64,000 bases of DNA from a virus, in IMG/VR virus record IMGVR_UViG_3300036820_000012, positions 16,724-80,723 of that record, one strand, 5' to 3'. The position numbers and the translations under genes are program-made. Below are positions 9,214 to 17,387 of this stretch, piece by piece. The first letter of the stretch is position 1; each line of letters begins with the position of its first letter. The notes beneath the pieces were generated by a model. It worked only from the letters and a program-made list of their open reading frames with translations. It was not told the origin of the DNA and searched no databases.

Positions 9214-9286
9214 CAGAAGCACTATCATTTCAGCCTGGAATCCAGCCCTCCACATGCCACGCCGCAGAAGCGCAACTATTTCGGCC
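9214..9286. repeat. Two 22-bp direct repeats CAGAAGC-N6-ATTTC-RGCC (candidate recombinase sites)
   Basis: 9214-9235 and 9265-9286, immediately upstream of the tyrosine recombinase. Confidence 0.55.
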
Positions 9287-10678
9287 CTACTCGCGCGGCT
9301 CTACCTTCACCGAATCGCGGTCAAAGCCAGGCCCGCGCCGAGCCGGCAAGATCGTGATGCGGAAGCTTGCCGCCACCAGCCCCCGCCGTGTAGCCAGCGG
9401 AAGCGCCTCCCACTCCTCCAGCGTGATCCCCTCGTACTGGGCCAGCAGCCGCCGTCCCGGTGTAGCTGCGATCCGCTCCCGCACCGCGGCGATGCGCTCG
9501 TCAAACGAGGCGATGGCCCGCACCGTCACTGCCGGGTCCAGCCCCGGATGGTCGGCCAGTGCCTCCAGCGACTTCTGAGCCGCAGCCTTCCGCTTCTCAA
9601 GGACGGTGATCTCTGACGCTGCTGCAGGCTCCGGGGCCTTGCGGACGAGCGCGGCCAGCTGGTCCGAGGACAGCCACTCCAGCATCCGTCCCACGATGTA
9701 GGCGTCGAGGTGGGCCACCGACCGGTGCAACTGTCGCTTGCACGCCGGGTTCACGCAGCCGTAGCCCAGGCGCAGGATGCCGGCCCGCCTGGTCTGGCGC
9801 GGGCCGGCTGGCTTGCCGCAGCTGCCGCACAGCGCGATACCTGAGAGCAGGTGCCGACGCTGGCCGGAGGCGTTCGCGTACCCGGCGGCCCGCCCGGCGA
9901 GCATGGCGCACGCCAGTTCCCAGTCGTCGCGCTCCAGCACCGGCTCCCACGCCGCTTTCTGCTCTCCGTCCGGCATCAGCCCGGCGTAGCGCGGGTTCGT
10001 CACCACACGGCGGATCCCGGCATGCGTCCACGCCTTGCCGGTGACGGTCGTCTCGCCGCGGCTGTTGAGGCTGGCGGCGATGATCCGTGTGCCTTCCCCG
10101 GCCAGCACGCGGCGGGCCATCTCCCGGATGAGCGCAGTTTCGGCCGGGACGTGGGTGACGCCGTCGCTGGTGAAGCCGTAGAACCGGCCGCCGGGGCCGC
10201 CGGGGCGCACGAGGCCCTCGCGCCGCATCCGGTCGTACTGGGTTTTCTTGCGCCGGGAGATGGTGTCGGACTCGTTGCAGGCGCGGGCGACTTCCCAGCG
10301 CATCATCATCCGGTGGTCGGGGTTGTCGAAGTCGTACTGCCCGGCGATGGAGGCCACGGTGATGTGCCGGCCGTCGCGCAGGTCGAGCAGGTCTTCGAGG
10401 TCGCGGGGCTGGCGGACGATCCGGTCGCCCCAGTAGCTGACGATCGCGGCTGCCTTGCCTGCGGCGACGTCGGCGAGCATCTGGTCCCAGGCGGGGCGCT
10501 TGCGGTTGCGTTTCCAGGCAGATTTTGAGTGGTCGGTGTAAACGCCGGCGATCTCCCAGCCGCGCTGCCGGCACAGTTCCCGGCACTGGCGTTCCTGGTC
10601 GTCGGTTTTCGTGGTGTCCTCAAGGGCGGCAAGGCTGATCCTGCAGTAGATTGCAGCGCGCAGGCGTGGCTTAGGCAC
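9287..10678 (-). CDS. int: Large serine recombinase (integrase)
   Basis: AAIYCRIS catalytic Ser motif, SAW..RPAW, DRIVR, recombinase domain NPRYAG, zinc ribbon LLSGIALCGSCG...YGC...C, coiled coil. Confidence 0.95.
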   Translation of the reverse strand: MPKPRLRAAIYCRISLAALEDTTKTDDQERQCRELCRQRGWEIAGVYTDHSKSAWKRNRKRPAWDQMLADVAAGKAAAIVSYWGDRIVRQPRDLEDLLDLRDGRHITVASIAGQYDFDNPDHRMMMRWEVARACNESDTISRRKKTQYDRMRREGLVRPGGPGGRFYGFTSDGVTHVPAETALIREMARRVLAGEGTRIIAASLNSRGETTVTGKAWTHAGIRRVVTNPRYAGLMPDGEQKAAWEPVLERDDWELACAMLAGRAAGYANASGQRRHLLSGIALCGSCGKPAGPRQTRRAGILRLGYGCVNPACKRQLHRSVAHLDAYIVGRMLEWLSSDQLAALVRKAPEPAAASEITVLEKRKAAAQKSLEALADHPGLDPAVTVRAIASFDERIAAVRERIAATPGRRLLAQYEGITLEEWEALPLATRRGLVAASFRITILPARRGPGFDRDSVKVEPRE

Positions 10679-10687
10679 CGCCCGATA

Positions 10688-10739
10688 TTACCGCTACCTG
10701 GGGACAATGAACAATTTCACTGTATAAGTCTGGCGGTAA
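10688..10739. other. Putative attP site
   Basis: 52-bp imperfect inverted repeat TTACCGC-N9-ACAATGAA caat TTCACTGT-N9-GCGGTAA directly upstream of int. Confidence 0.7.
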
Positions 10740-10865
10740 CCTGAACGGGCTCGCTGGACGTCCTACAGGAGCACGGAACCGTCCCCGTGGTACGTGGCCG
10801 CGCGCAGGCCGAGGGCGACGGCGTGACAGGAGTTCGATGAAGGGGGAACTGCATGGCCGCCATCG

Positions 10866-11720
10866 GTGAGCCCGTCAAGACCTACGAGATACCGGATCCA
10901 GAGGAAGTCCCCGATGAGATTCCGCAGGAGGAGCCAGCCGAGCCCGTCCGCGAGCCCGGCGCCCCCGTCCCAGCGTGAGCCACCGGACCCGGAGAAGGAA
11001 GCAGCGGGGGAGATGTCCAAAGAGGTAGCGAAGCCAGGGCTTCCGCAGGAGCCCCGGCAGGACCCGATCCGCGCCCGGAAGGCCGCGTACCTGATGGCCA
11101 CCAATGAGCGCATCGGGTTCGGGCCGCTGACCCAGTCCGGCGTGATGTACGCCCCGGAAGGGGTGGCCGAGTGCCGGTGCGGTAGCTCCAGCGGCTACGT
11201 GCTGGCATCCGGTGGCAGCATCTCGGTGACACCGGGCACCTACTACGGCCTGGTCGCCAACAGCGGCGGCGGAGGCGGCTACCCGGTGGTCTACGGCGGC
11301 GGCGGTGGGGGGGGCTCGGCCTTCTATTACCCGGAGCCAGAGCCGGCCAAGCAGCACGGCCGGCCCGACCCCGACAACTCATGCGGGTTCTACGCCTGGA
11401 AAGCGGACAGCGACCTCCCGTGGCAGGTCGGCACATGGCTGCTGGAAGTTGACCTTTACGGGACCGTCATCGAGCACGAGAGCGGCTACCGCGCGCAGAA
11501 GCAGCGGGTCCTGTCCATCTCCCCGGTGCCGGGTTTCCTGTGCGACGAGCCCACGTCGCTGAGCGTCGATCGCGACAGCGGGCACCTGACGGCCCTTTGC
11601 CCAGCGTGCCCGTCACCAGCAGGCCACGTAGTCACCCCGGACCGCCTGCGCAGTTTCCTGAACGTGGAGGTCGACATGACCCGCGCGTGGCGGATGCGCA
11701 AGTCCGCGACCGCTCCGTAG
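10866..11720 (+). CDS. Hypothetical actinophage protein
   Basis: C-terminal CGFYAW...EVDLYGTVIEHESGYRAQ domain; start may be ATG 10914. Confidence 0.7.
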   Translation: MSPSRPTRYRIQRKSPMRFRRRSQPSPSASPAPPSQREPPDPEKEAAGEMSKEVAKPGLPQEPRQDPIRARKAAYLMATNERIGFGPLTQSGVMYAPEGVAECRCGSSSGYVLASGGSISVTPGTYYGLVANSGGGGGYPVVYGGGGGGGSAFYYPEPEPAKQHGRPDPDNSCGFYAWKADSDLPWQVGTWLLEVDLYGTVIEHESGYRAQKQRVLSISPVPGFLCDEPTSLSVDRDSGHLTALCPACPSPAGHVVTPDRLRSFLNVEVDMTRAWRMRKSATAP

Positions 11721-11843
11721 CCCGAAAGCTTCCCCGTAGCCCGCTCCACGGGGGGAACGCGCAACCGCCCGCGTGGCACGTGGCCTGAGGGCCGAGGGCG
11801 GGAAACGAAAGCTAGCTAGCTACGAAGTGAAAGCGAGATCTCT

Positions 11844-12551
11844 GTGAGATTCCCGAAGTTCCTTCCCACCCTGGCGGTCGTGGCGCCTGTCGTGGCTGCC
11901 GGCGCCCTGTCGGTAGCGATGGCAACGCCAGCGTCAGCCGCGGTGCACGGCGTGAAGCCGCAGGCCACCTCGGCGTGCGGCCATAAGTGCTTCGACCTGT
12001 CCAGCCTGCAGCTCGGGCCGGGCTTCATCCAGGACAAGTCCAACACGAAGGCCGGCCGGGTGATCCTGCGGATCGCCTCAAACACCTTCACCAACGAGGA
12101 CTTCATCGACCAGGCCGACGGGACGGTGGCCGACTACTGCACCACCGGCACGCCGTCGGCGCAGCAGTTCGCGTCGACCAGCTACATCTGCTCGCACTAC
12201 AGCGCGTTCCCGGTGTTCGAGGCGAACTTCGCGCCGGACACCAACGAGAGCGGCCTGTGCGCGGGCGTCTCGGCGCCGAACACCTCTGGCGCCAACGTCA
12301 AGATGATCGCCTGCGGCCAGACCACGGCGACGCTGTGGATCTCCGACATCGCTGACGGCACCTTCCACCACGGGCACCTGTACACCCCGTGGATCAACGG
12401 CGGCGACACGTCGTTCAGCCACCCCGAGATCATGACGCTGAACATGGGCACGAAGCCCGCGGATGAGCTCCAGCTTGAGCCGGAGAACACCACGGGCGGC
12501 GCGCTGCCGCTAACCCAGGAGTTCACGGAAGTGCAGGGTCCGGCATCCTGA
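11844..12551 (+). CDS. Secreted protein, possibly ricin-B/lectin-like
   Basis: Signal peptide ending ATPASA; CAGV....GANVKMIACG.....W motif. Confidence 0.7.
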   Translation: MRFPKFLPTLAVVAPVVAAGALSVAMATPASAAVHGVKPQATSACGHKCFDLSSLQLGPGFIQDKSNTKAGRVILRIASNTFTNEDFIDQADGTVADYCTTGTPSAQQFASTSYICSHYSAFPVFEANFAPDTNESGLCAGVSAPNTSGANVKMIACGQTTATLWISDIADGTFHHGHLYTPWINGGDTSFSHPEIMTLNMGTKPADELQLEPENTTGGALPLTQEFTEVQGPAS

Positions 12552-12709
12552 TCCGCTAGATGTGCCCGGTTCGCGCGGCCTTTGCTGCTGGGGGGTTCAG
12601 GCCGTGGACGTCCGGGCACCCGCGCAGGACTGGGGTCCTCCCCCGAGGCTCTGGTCCCGCGCCTGACGGGCGGCAGCCGTCCCGCGCATGAGGCGGCTGT
12701 AGCCCCCGG

Positions 12710-12749
12710 CCCCCGGCAGTCTGGTGCTCCAGGCCCAGACTGCCGGGGG
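12710..12749. terminator. 15-bp stem hairpin
   Basis: CCCCCGGCAGTCTGG / CCAGACTGCCGGGGG. Confidence 0.55.
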
Positions 12750-12778
12750 CTCTCGTATCCCAATCGGCAGGAGAAGCG

Positions 12779-12943
12779 ATGGGACTGCTGAGGCGTAAAC
12801 GCGGCAAGCCCGAACCCGAGGCTGGCGAAGACCGCAGCGAAGAGGAAGCCGAAGTCCGCGAGGTTGGCGAGCCCGACCCGTCCAAGGTGACGGTTCGCAA
12901 GGACACTGTGACTGGCCGCTGGGCCAGCCTGAAGGGCATGTGA
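12779..12943 (+). CDS. 54-aa hypothetical protein (below ORF-track cutoff)
   Basis: AGGAG RBS, MGLLRRKRGKPEPE...LKGM stop. Confidence 0.55.
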   Translation: MGLLRRKRGKPEPEAGEDRSEEEAEVREVGEPDPSKVTVRKDTVTGRWASLKGM

Positions 12944-12949
12944 TCCGCC

Positions 12950-13201
12950 GTGGACGATGACGCCGTGATCACGCTGACCAGGACGGCGGCCGGCCAGTTC
13001 CAGGTCACCGTAGACGGGGACGGGGCGCCTGACGTGATCGACCTCTGGCTGTCGGTGTCTGCTGAGTCGCATCCTTCAGCGGCATCCATCGGCCTGACCC
13101 GGATGAGGGTCGAGGGCGATGACCTGTGGAAGGCGGAGCAGCACTTCGAGGTCACCGAGGTCACGATGACAGTCAAGGGGAAGCGCTACCCGCGGCACTA
13201 G
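12950..13201 (+). CDS. Hypothetical protein
   Basis: Follows the 54-aa ORF, ends at the terminator. Confidence 0.6.
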   Translation: MDDDAVITLTRTAAGQFQVTVDGDGAPDVIDLWLSVSAESHPSAASIGLTRMRVEGDDLWKAEQHFEVTEVTMTVKGKRYPRH

Positions 13202-13213
13202 TCCGGGCACACG

Positions 13214-13260
13214 AAAAAAGCCGCTCGCCGCACCACCCATTAGGGCAGTGCGGCGAGCGG
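13214..13260 (-). terminator. Intrinsic terminator at the end of the late/lysis operon
   Basis: CCGCTCGCCGCAC / GTGCGGCGAGCGG stem followed by U6 on the - strand. Confidence 0.85.
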
Positions 13261-13322
13261 TTATGGCGTCAGCGCCGAGTGTCGCAAGCAGGGATCAGGC
13301 TAGCAGGGCGCGGCGACAGTCC

Positions 13323-13826
13323 TCACCAGGTCCCCAGGAGCAGCGACGTATCGTAGGCCGCTGTCATGCCGCCGGCGTACTGCTGAGCCCAGACGTGGGC
13401 CGGGTCAAGCGTGACGTGGTAGCGGGTGGCCATCTCCGCGAGCTCGGCTGCGGTGCGCTGCACGCCGTCGAGCGTTGCAAGCCACCAGCGCACGTTGGCC
13501 AGTCCCTGCAGCCGCGCGGCTGCGAGGGCGAGGTTGGCGAAGCTCGTGTAGCAGCGGGCGAGGTTGCCGGCCGCGAGGCGCCCTTGCGCCCAGGCACGCA
13601 GCGCAGCCGGGTCCTCGAAGCTCTCGTTACCCGGCTCGAAGTCGCATGCGCCCGCTCTGGCTGCGACGGCCTGCCCGGCGAGCACGGTGTTCCACCGGAC
13701 GTGCGGGATCGCCTTCACCTGCTCGGCGGTGGCTGCGTAGCGGCCGTCGACATACGGGATGGCGTACTGGGTGCCTGCCGGGAAGTGCTCGCTCGCTGCG
13801 TCGTAGACGCGGATGATCTCGGTCAC
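13323..13826 (-). CDS. Putative endolysin (GH25/DUF1906-like catalytic domain)
   Basis: YDA...Y.DG...DFEPGN...CYTS...WWLA..DG...AQQY.....YDTSL; last gene of the membrane-protein cassette. Confidence 0.6.
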   Translation of the reverse strand: MTEIIRVYDAASEHFPAGTQYAIPYVDGRYAATAEQVKAIPHVRWNTVLAGQAVAARAGACDFEPGNESFEDPAALRAWAQGRLAAGNLARCYTSFANLALAAARLQGLANVRWWLATLDGVQRTAAELAEMATRYHVTLDPAHVWAQQYAGGMTAAYDTSLLLGTW

Positions 13827-14302
13827 GGCTGGCGCTCCTTCGGGTCACGCAGCTTGCGGGAGTCGGTCACCGTTGGCTCGCTGGGCGGCCCGGCTCGCTC
13901 GTCGCGGGTGGCGAGTCTCTCGCTGGTGCCGTTCGGCTTCGCTGGCCTGCGCGCTGGGGGCATCACGGCCAGTCCCTTGTGGTGCTCCGCGAGCCGTTCT
14001 TCCAGGTGCCGCTTGATGCGTCCTTCGGCCTTGTCGACGTGGGTCGCTGTCAACCCGCTGGTAAAGAGGGAGAAGCTGGCGCCAAAGAGCGGGACCACCG
14101 ACAGGCACTCGCCGGCGTTGACTATGTGCGCCCAGACGCCCACCGGGGTCACGTCCCCGCCGAGGGTCACGGCGTTGGCTAGCGCGTTGTAGAGCCCGTC
14201 CCAGACGCCGATGTGCATGGCTGCCGAGTAGGCGATGCCGAGCCCTGCGTCGAGCACCAGGGCGCTGGCGATCACCAGCAGGGCAACCCGGTGGTGCCTC
14301 AC
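13823..14302 (-). CDS. Two-TM potassium-channel-like (KcsA fold) protein with altered filter
   Basis: WDGLYNALANAVTLG-GDVTPVGVWAHIV...FG aligns with the KcsA pore helix, filter and M2. Confidence 0.75.
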   Translation of the reverse strand: MRHHRVALLVIASALVLDAGLGIAYSAAMHIGVWDGLYNALANAVTLGGDVTPVGVWAHIVNAGECLSVVPLFGASFSLFTSGLTATHVDKAEGRIKRHLEERLAEHHKGLAVMPPARRPAKPNGTSERLATRDERAGPPSEPTVTDSRKLRDPKERQP

Positions 14303-14400
14303 ACCCGCTCTCGCAGGAGAGCTATCAGTTCGTCAAGCTTGTCCTCGAGCGTCTCCTCTGGCCGCGCGTCCTCGTGGTGGCGGTTGCACCACGCGGAAAT
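14299..14400 (-). pseudogene. Orphan 3' end of a gene next to the HNH insertion
   Basis: WCNRHHEDARPEETLEDKLDELIALLRERV stop; GTGA-coupled to the channel-like gene. Confidence 0.5.
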
Positions 14401-14414
14401 GGTAGGATCATCAC

Positions 14415-14870
14415 ATGCCCGAGTGGAATCCATGCAGCGTTGAGACCTGCGGCAGGCTCGCTCAGAGCAGCGGTGGCCGGTTTTGCTCGAAGCACCTTTC
14501 CCGCTTCCGCAAGCATGGAGATCCGCTGTTTGAGCGGAGGCCGGGACGTCCTGACAAGCACGGCCATGCGAAGCGCAGGGGTAAGGGCGCGGTACGGCCT
14601 CCCACTCGCGAGTACGTGACTTGGTGCGCGATGAAGGCGCGCTGTCAGAGCACGGCGTGCAAAGACTGGCCCCGGTATGGCGCCCGTGGGATATCAGTGT
14701 GCGAACGCTGGCAAGTCTTCGAGAACTTCCTGGCCGATATGGGTACGCGCCCGGCAGGCATGACACTTGACCGGATTGATGGTGACGGTAACTACGAGCC
14801 CGGTAACTGCAGGTGGGCAACGTACGCCAAGCAGCGGGCCAACCAGCGCCGGACGCGGCGCTCCGGCTGA
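14415..14870 (+). CDS. HNH-type homing endonuclease
   Basis: YVTWCAMKARC....WPRYGARGISVCERW..FENFLADMG.RP...TLDRIDGDGNYEPGNCRWAT; TAGGAT 6 nt before ATG. Confidence 0.9.
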   Translation: MPEWNPCSVETCGRLAQSSGGRFCSKHLSRFRKHGDPLFERRPGRPDKHGHAKRRGKGAVRPPTREYVTWCAMKARCQSTACKDWPRYGARGISVCERWQVFENFLADMGTRPAGMTLDRIDGDGNYEPGNCRWATYAKQRANQRRTRRSG

Positions 14871-14899
14871 TAAGTGGCGCTATCGCGCTGCCGACTGGG

Positions 14900-15259
14900 C
14901 TATGCATGATCGTCATGCCACCTCTTGATGTGGCTGTGGCTAACGTTGCCGTGCCTGACCTCATCTGCTGGGTGATGCCTGCGGCACACGCGAAAGGCCC
15001 CCCCGGCTACGTGGTAGCGGCCTACTCTCATGCACCTGTCAACATGACAGTTCACGGAATGCCACAGGCCGGTGATGATCGTGGACATGCCGACGATGGA
15101 GACAATGGCGGGCACAGAGCCGGACCACGCCGAATAGTTGTCCGAGGTCTGGCCGTCCCAGCCGAGGAAGTGCAGCAGGACGCGGTCAAAGACGCAGACG
15201 TAGGTGATGGCCAGGGCAACCAGGAGGAAGACGATCAGCAGGCGCAGCGGCCGTCTCAC
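14900..15259 (-). CDS. Membrane protein with Cys/His-rich tail (lysis cassette)
   Basis: 2 TM then NCHVDRCMRVG...VCRRHHP. Confidence 0.7.
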   Translation of the reverse strand: MRRPLRLLIVFLLVALAITYVCVFDRVLLHFLGWDGQTSDNYSAWSGSVPAIVSIVGMSTIITGLWHSVNCHVDRCMRVGRYHVAGGAFRVCRRHHPADEVRHGNVSHSHIKRWHDDHA

Positions 15260-15417
15260 GCCGGCGGCGTCCTGCGGAACGGCCAGACAGCCCAGACAAG
15301 GTGCGCGGCGATGCAGAGCCAGCCGAGGATCTCGGCGTCGCTGACGTACTTGCCGACCCCGGCGACGTGGAGGATAAACGCTACAGCGAAGGCGATGATG
15401 GCCAAGATCGCGAACAT
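15256..15417 (-). CDS. 53-aa two-TM protein, candidate holin
   Basis: MFAILAIIAFAVAFILHVAGVGKYVSDAEILGWLCIAAHLVWAVWPFRRTPPA; GAGGGG RBS; GTGA overlap. Confidence 0.6.
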   Translation of the reverse strand: MFAILAIIAFAVAFILHVAGVGKYVSDAEILGWLCIAAHLVWAVWPFRRTPPA

Positions 15418-15439
15418 GGCTAGCCCCTCTCAGGGATGG

Positions 15440-15901
15440 TCACTTGCGCCCCAACGCGGCACAGTTGCGAGGCGCGTACGTCTTCGCCAGATAGGCCTTG
15501 AACGACCGCTCGAAAACCCGGGCCGCCTGCGTCTTCGGCTCTCCGAGGTCGCCCAGGAGGGTGTCCCAGACGCCGATGGTCTGGCGCCTGCTGGTGTTGC
15601 TGGCCTCGCACAGGGCCTTGTTGCTGGCGTAGGCGTGCTGGGCGGTCGCCGTGGCCCTCGTCGCCCGGCTGCTGGCGTCCGTGGCCTGGTTGCTGGCGTC
15701 GTGTGCCTGCACGGCGACCAGGCCGAGGATGATCGTCAGGGCCACGTCCACGCACAGCGAGACCGCCAGGGCGATGATGATGTGCCGGGACCGGCGCACG
15801 CGGCCGTTGAGCCGCTCAAGCTCAGCCCGGACGCCGCCCAGCGCCTCGGTGAGGCCTCTTGCCGTGTTCAGTGCTTCGCGGTCCGGGGTCGGCTCGGTCA
15901 C
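15440..15901 (-). CDS. Single-TM coiled-coil protein (lysis cassette)
   Basis: TM flanked by helical regions with two Cys in the C-terminal part. Confidence 0.7.
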   Translation of the reverse strand: MTEPTPDREALNTARGLTEALGGVRAELERLNGRVRRSRHIIIALAVSLCVDVALTIILGLVAVQAHDASNQATDASSRATRATATAQHAYASNKALCEASNTSRRQTIGVWDTLLGDLGEPKTQAARVFERSFKAYLAKTYAPRNCAALGRK

Positions 15902-16083
15902 TGCGGCACCAGCCTTTCCTGGGCGTCATCGCCGGGCGGCGCCGCCGGGCGCGTGAGGATCTCGTTCATCGCGGCGACGTTGCCTTCGAGCCGGGCCAGC
16001 AGCGCATCTAGCTCGGCGGCGACCCGGCGCACTTCGGCGTCCTTGTCCTTAGCCACCAGGACTCCCTGCGGGATCGCCATCAT
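15898..16083 (-). CDS. Small coiled-coil protein
   Basis: Overlap chain. Confidence 0.6.
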   Translation of the reverse strand: MMAIPQGVLVAKDKDAEVRRVAAELDALLARLEGNVAAMNEILTRPAAPPGDDAQERLVPQ

Positions 16084-16312
16084 CGAGGAGAGCGGCCAGG
16101 CTTCCGAGCAGGTAGGCGACCCTGGCCGCCTGGGCGATGGCGTCAGTGGCGAGCTGGCGGATCTCGTCCGGCGTCATGTCCGCTCCCGAGGTCATGGCCA
16201 TCTGGGCTATCTCGGATGCCTGCGGGGCGTGCGCGGCCCGTTCCTGGACGCGGGCAGCGATCACGCGGGCTTCGTCCGAGATGTCATCGTCGCGGCCTGC
16301 GGTCGATGGCAC
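16049..16312 (-). CDS. Hypothetical protein
   Basis: GGGAGG RBS, overlap chain. Confidence 0.6.
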   Translation of the reverse strand: MPSTAGRDDDISDEARVIAARVQERAAHAPQASEIAQMAMTSGADMTPDEIRQLATDAIAQAARVAYLLGSLAALLDDGDPAGSPGG

Positions 16313-16703
16313 GGCGGTCCTCCCGGTCGCGAATCAGCTCCTGCAAGACCGGCAGCAGGCTTCCCGTGGCGGCCGTAAATTGCCCGAGCAGCGGGACCAG
16401 TTGCTGGACGGCGAAGTCGCGGGCGTCATCCCGCTGCCGCTCGGCTTCGGCCTTCTCGGCGATGAGCCGCTTGTTCTCCTCCATCAGGTCGGCCCGCGCC
16501 TGTTCCCTGGCCTCGTCGACGGCCTTGCCGGGAACGATGACGCGCATCGTGTAGAGGACGACGCCGATCCCGAGTGGCCCGAAGCCCAGCACGTAGGTCG
16601 TGATATCGCCCGCTACCGAGGAGAGCGGGGAGATGTTGCCGCCCGTCGCCATGAGCCACGGGGCAGCGGCGGGGAGGCCCGATGCAAGATAAGCCAGCCA
16701 CAT
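16284..16703 (-). CDS. Membrane plus coiled-coil protein (lysis cassette)
   Basis: GPLGIGVVLYTMRVIVPG TM followed by coiled coil; GGAGG RBS. Confidence 0.7.
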   Translation of the reverse strand: MWLAYLASGLPAAAPWLMATGGNISPLSSVAGDITTYVLGFGPLGIGVVLYTMRVIVPGKAVDEAREQARADLMEENKRLIAEKAEAERQRDDARDFAVQQLVPLLGQFTAATGSLLPVLQELIRDREDRRAIDRRPRR

Positions 16704-16847
16704 TCGCCGCCTCCTCGCCAGGGTTTGCCGCCTCCCGGCGAGGGGGTGTGGGTGCTTGTTTCGGCTCAGCCAGCCGCCGGTCCTTGTCCGGACCGCGCTA
16801 GCGTAGCACGAGGAAGCAAACTCGTCATATCGGCACTTCTTAGCCCT

Positions 16848-16961
16848 CTGACCTGCGGTGTTGTCGCGGATTTGCGACAGCGTTCCGAAGCGTTCCGATG
16901 TCAGGATGTCGCAGAATTGCGACAGTCACTGACCTGCGGGTTTGTCGCAGAATTCCGACAG
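16848..16961. repeat. Palindromic operator/iteron-like array
   Basis: TGTCGCRGAWTTSCGACAG at 16862, 16907, 16943; CTGACCTGCGG at 16848, 16929. Confidence 0.85.
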
Positions 16962-17387
16962 CTGATCTCGTATCCGGTAGCGGCTCGTGCGGTCAATCCC
17001 GAGTTTGTCCATCGCGGCATTCCGGCCCATGCCAGCCATCTCGAGGAGCGCCACCTTGAGGGCGGTCGCCGGGATGCCCGACAGCGCCAGGGCGGTGAGG
17101 TCGTCGGCGCTCATGGCCGCTCGCCGCTGCGATGGCTTCTTGCCCGTGACGCAGTCCGGCAGCAGGTCCCGCAGCGCGGCTGTCACGACGTCCTGCGGGC
17201 ACGGGTCGCCGCAGTGGCACTTCCACAGCAGCCCTTTGCCCTTGACCGTCAGCGACAGTCCTGGCTTGCCGTGGACCGGGCACCAGCCGTCCCACTGCTG
17301 ACCCGCGCGGGTGCAGCGGAGATGGAGTGGGGCTATCTCACACCAGTGCTGGACAACGCACTCAGCGGCATCGCGTCCGCAGTGCAC
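16926..17387 (-). CDS. Primase-type zinc-binding domain fused to C-terminal HTH
   Basis: CPVHGKPGLSL....LLWKCHCG..C....V..AL; AMDKLGIDRTSRYRIR. Confidence 0.65.
   Translation of the reverse strand: MHCGRDAAECVVQHWCEIAPLHLRCTRAGQQWDGWCPVHGKPGLSLTVKGKGLLWKCHCGDPCPQDVVTAALRDLLPDCVTGKKPSQRRAAMSADDLTALALSGIPATALKVALLEMAGMGRNAAMDKLGIDRTSRYRIRDQLSEFCDKPAGQ

Noticed and set aside
11721-11843. Hammerhead ribozyme or riboswitch in the leader (CTGAG...GAAAC)
   Set aside because: Lacks the CUGAnGA core and I could not match a known riboswitch consensus
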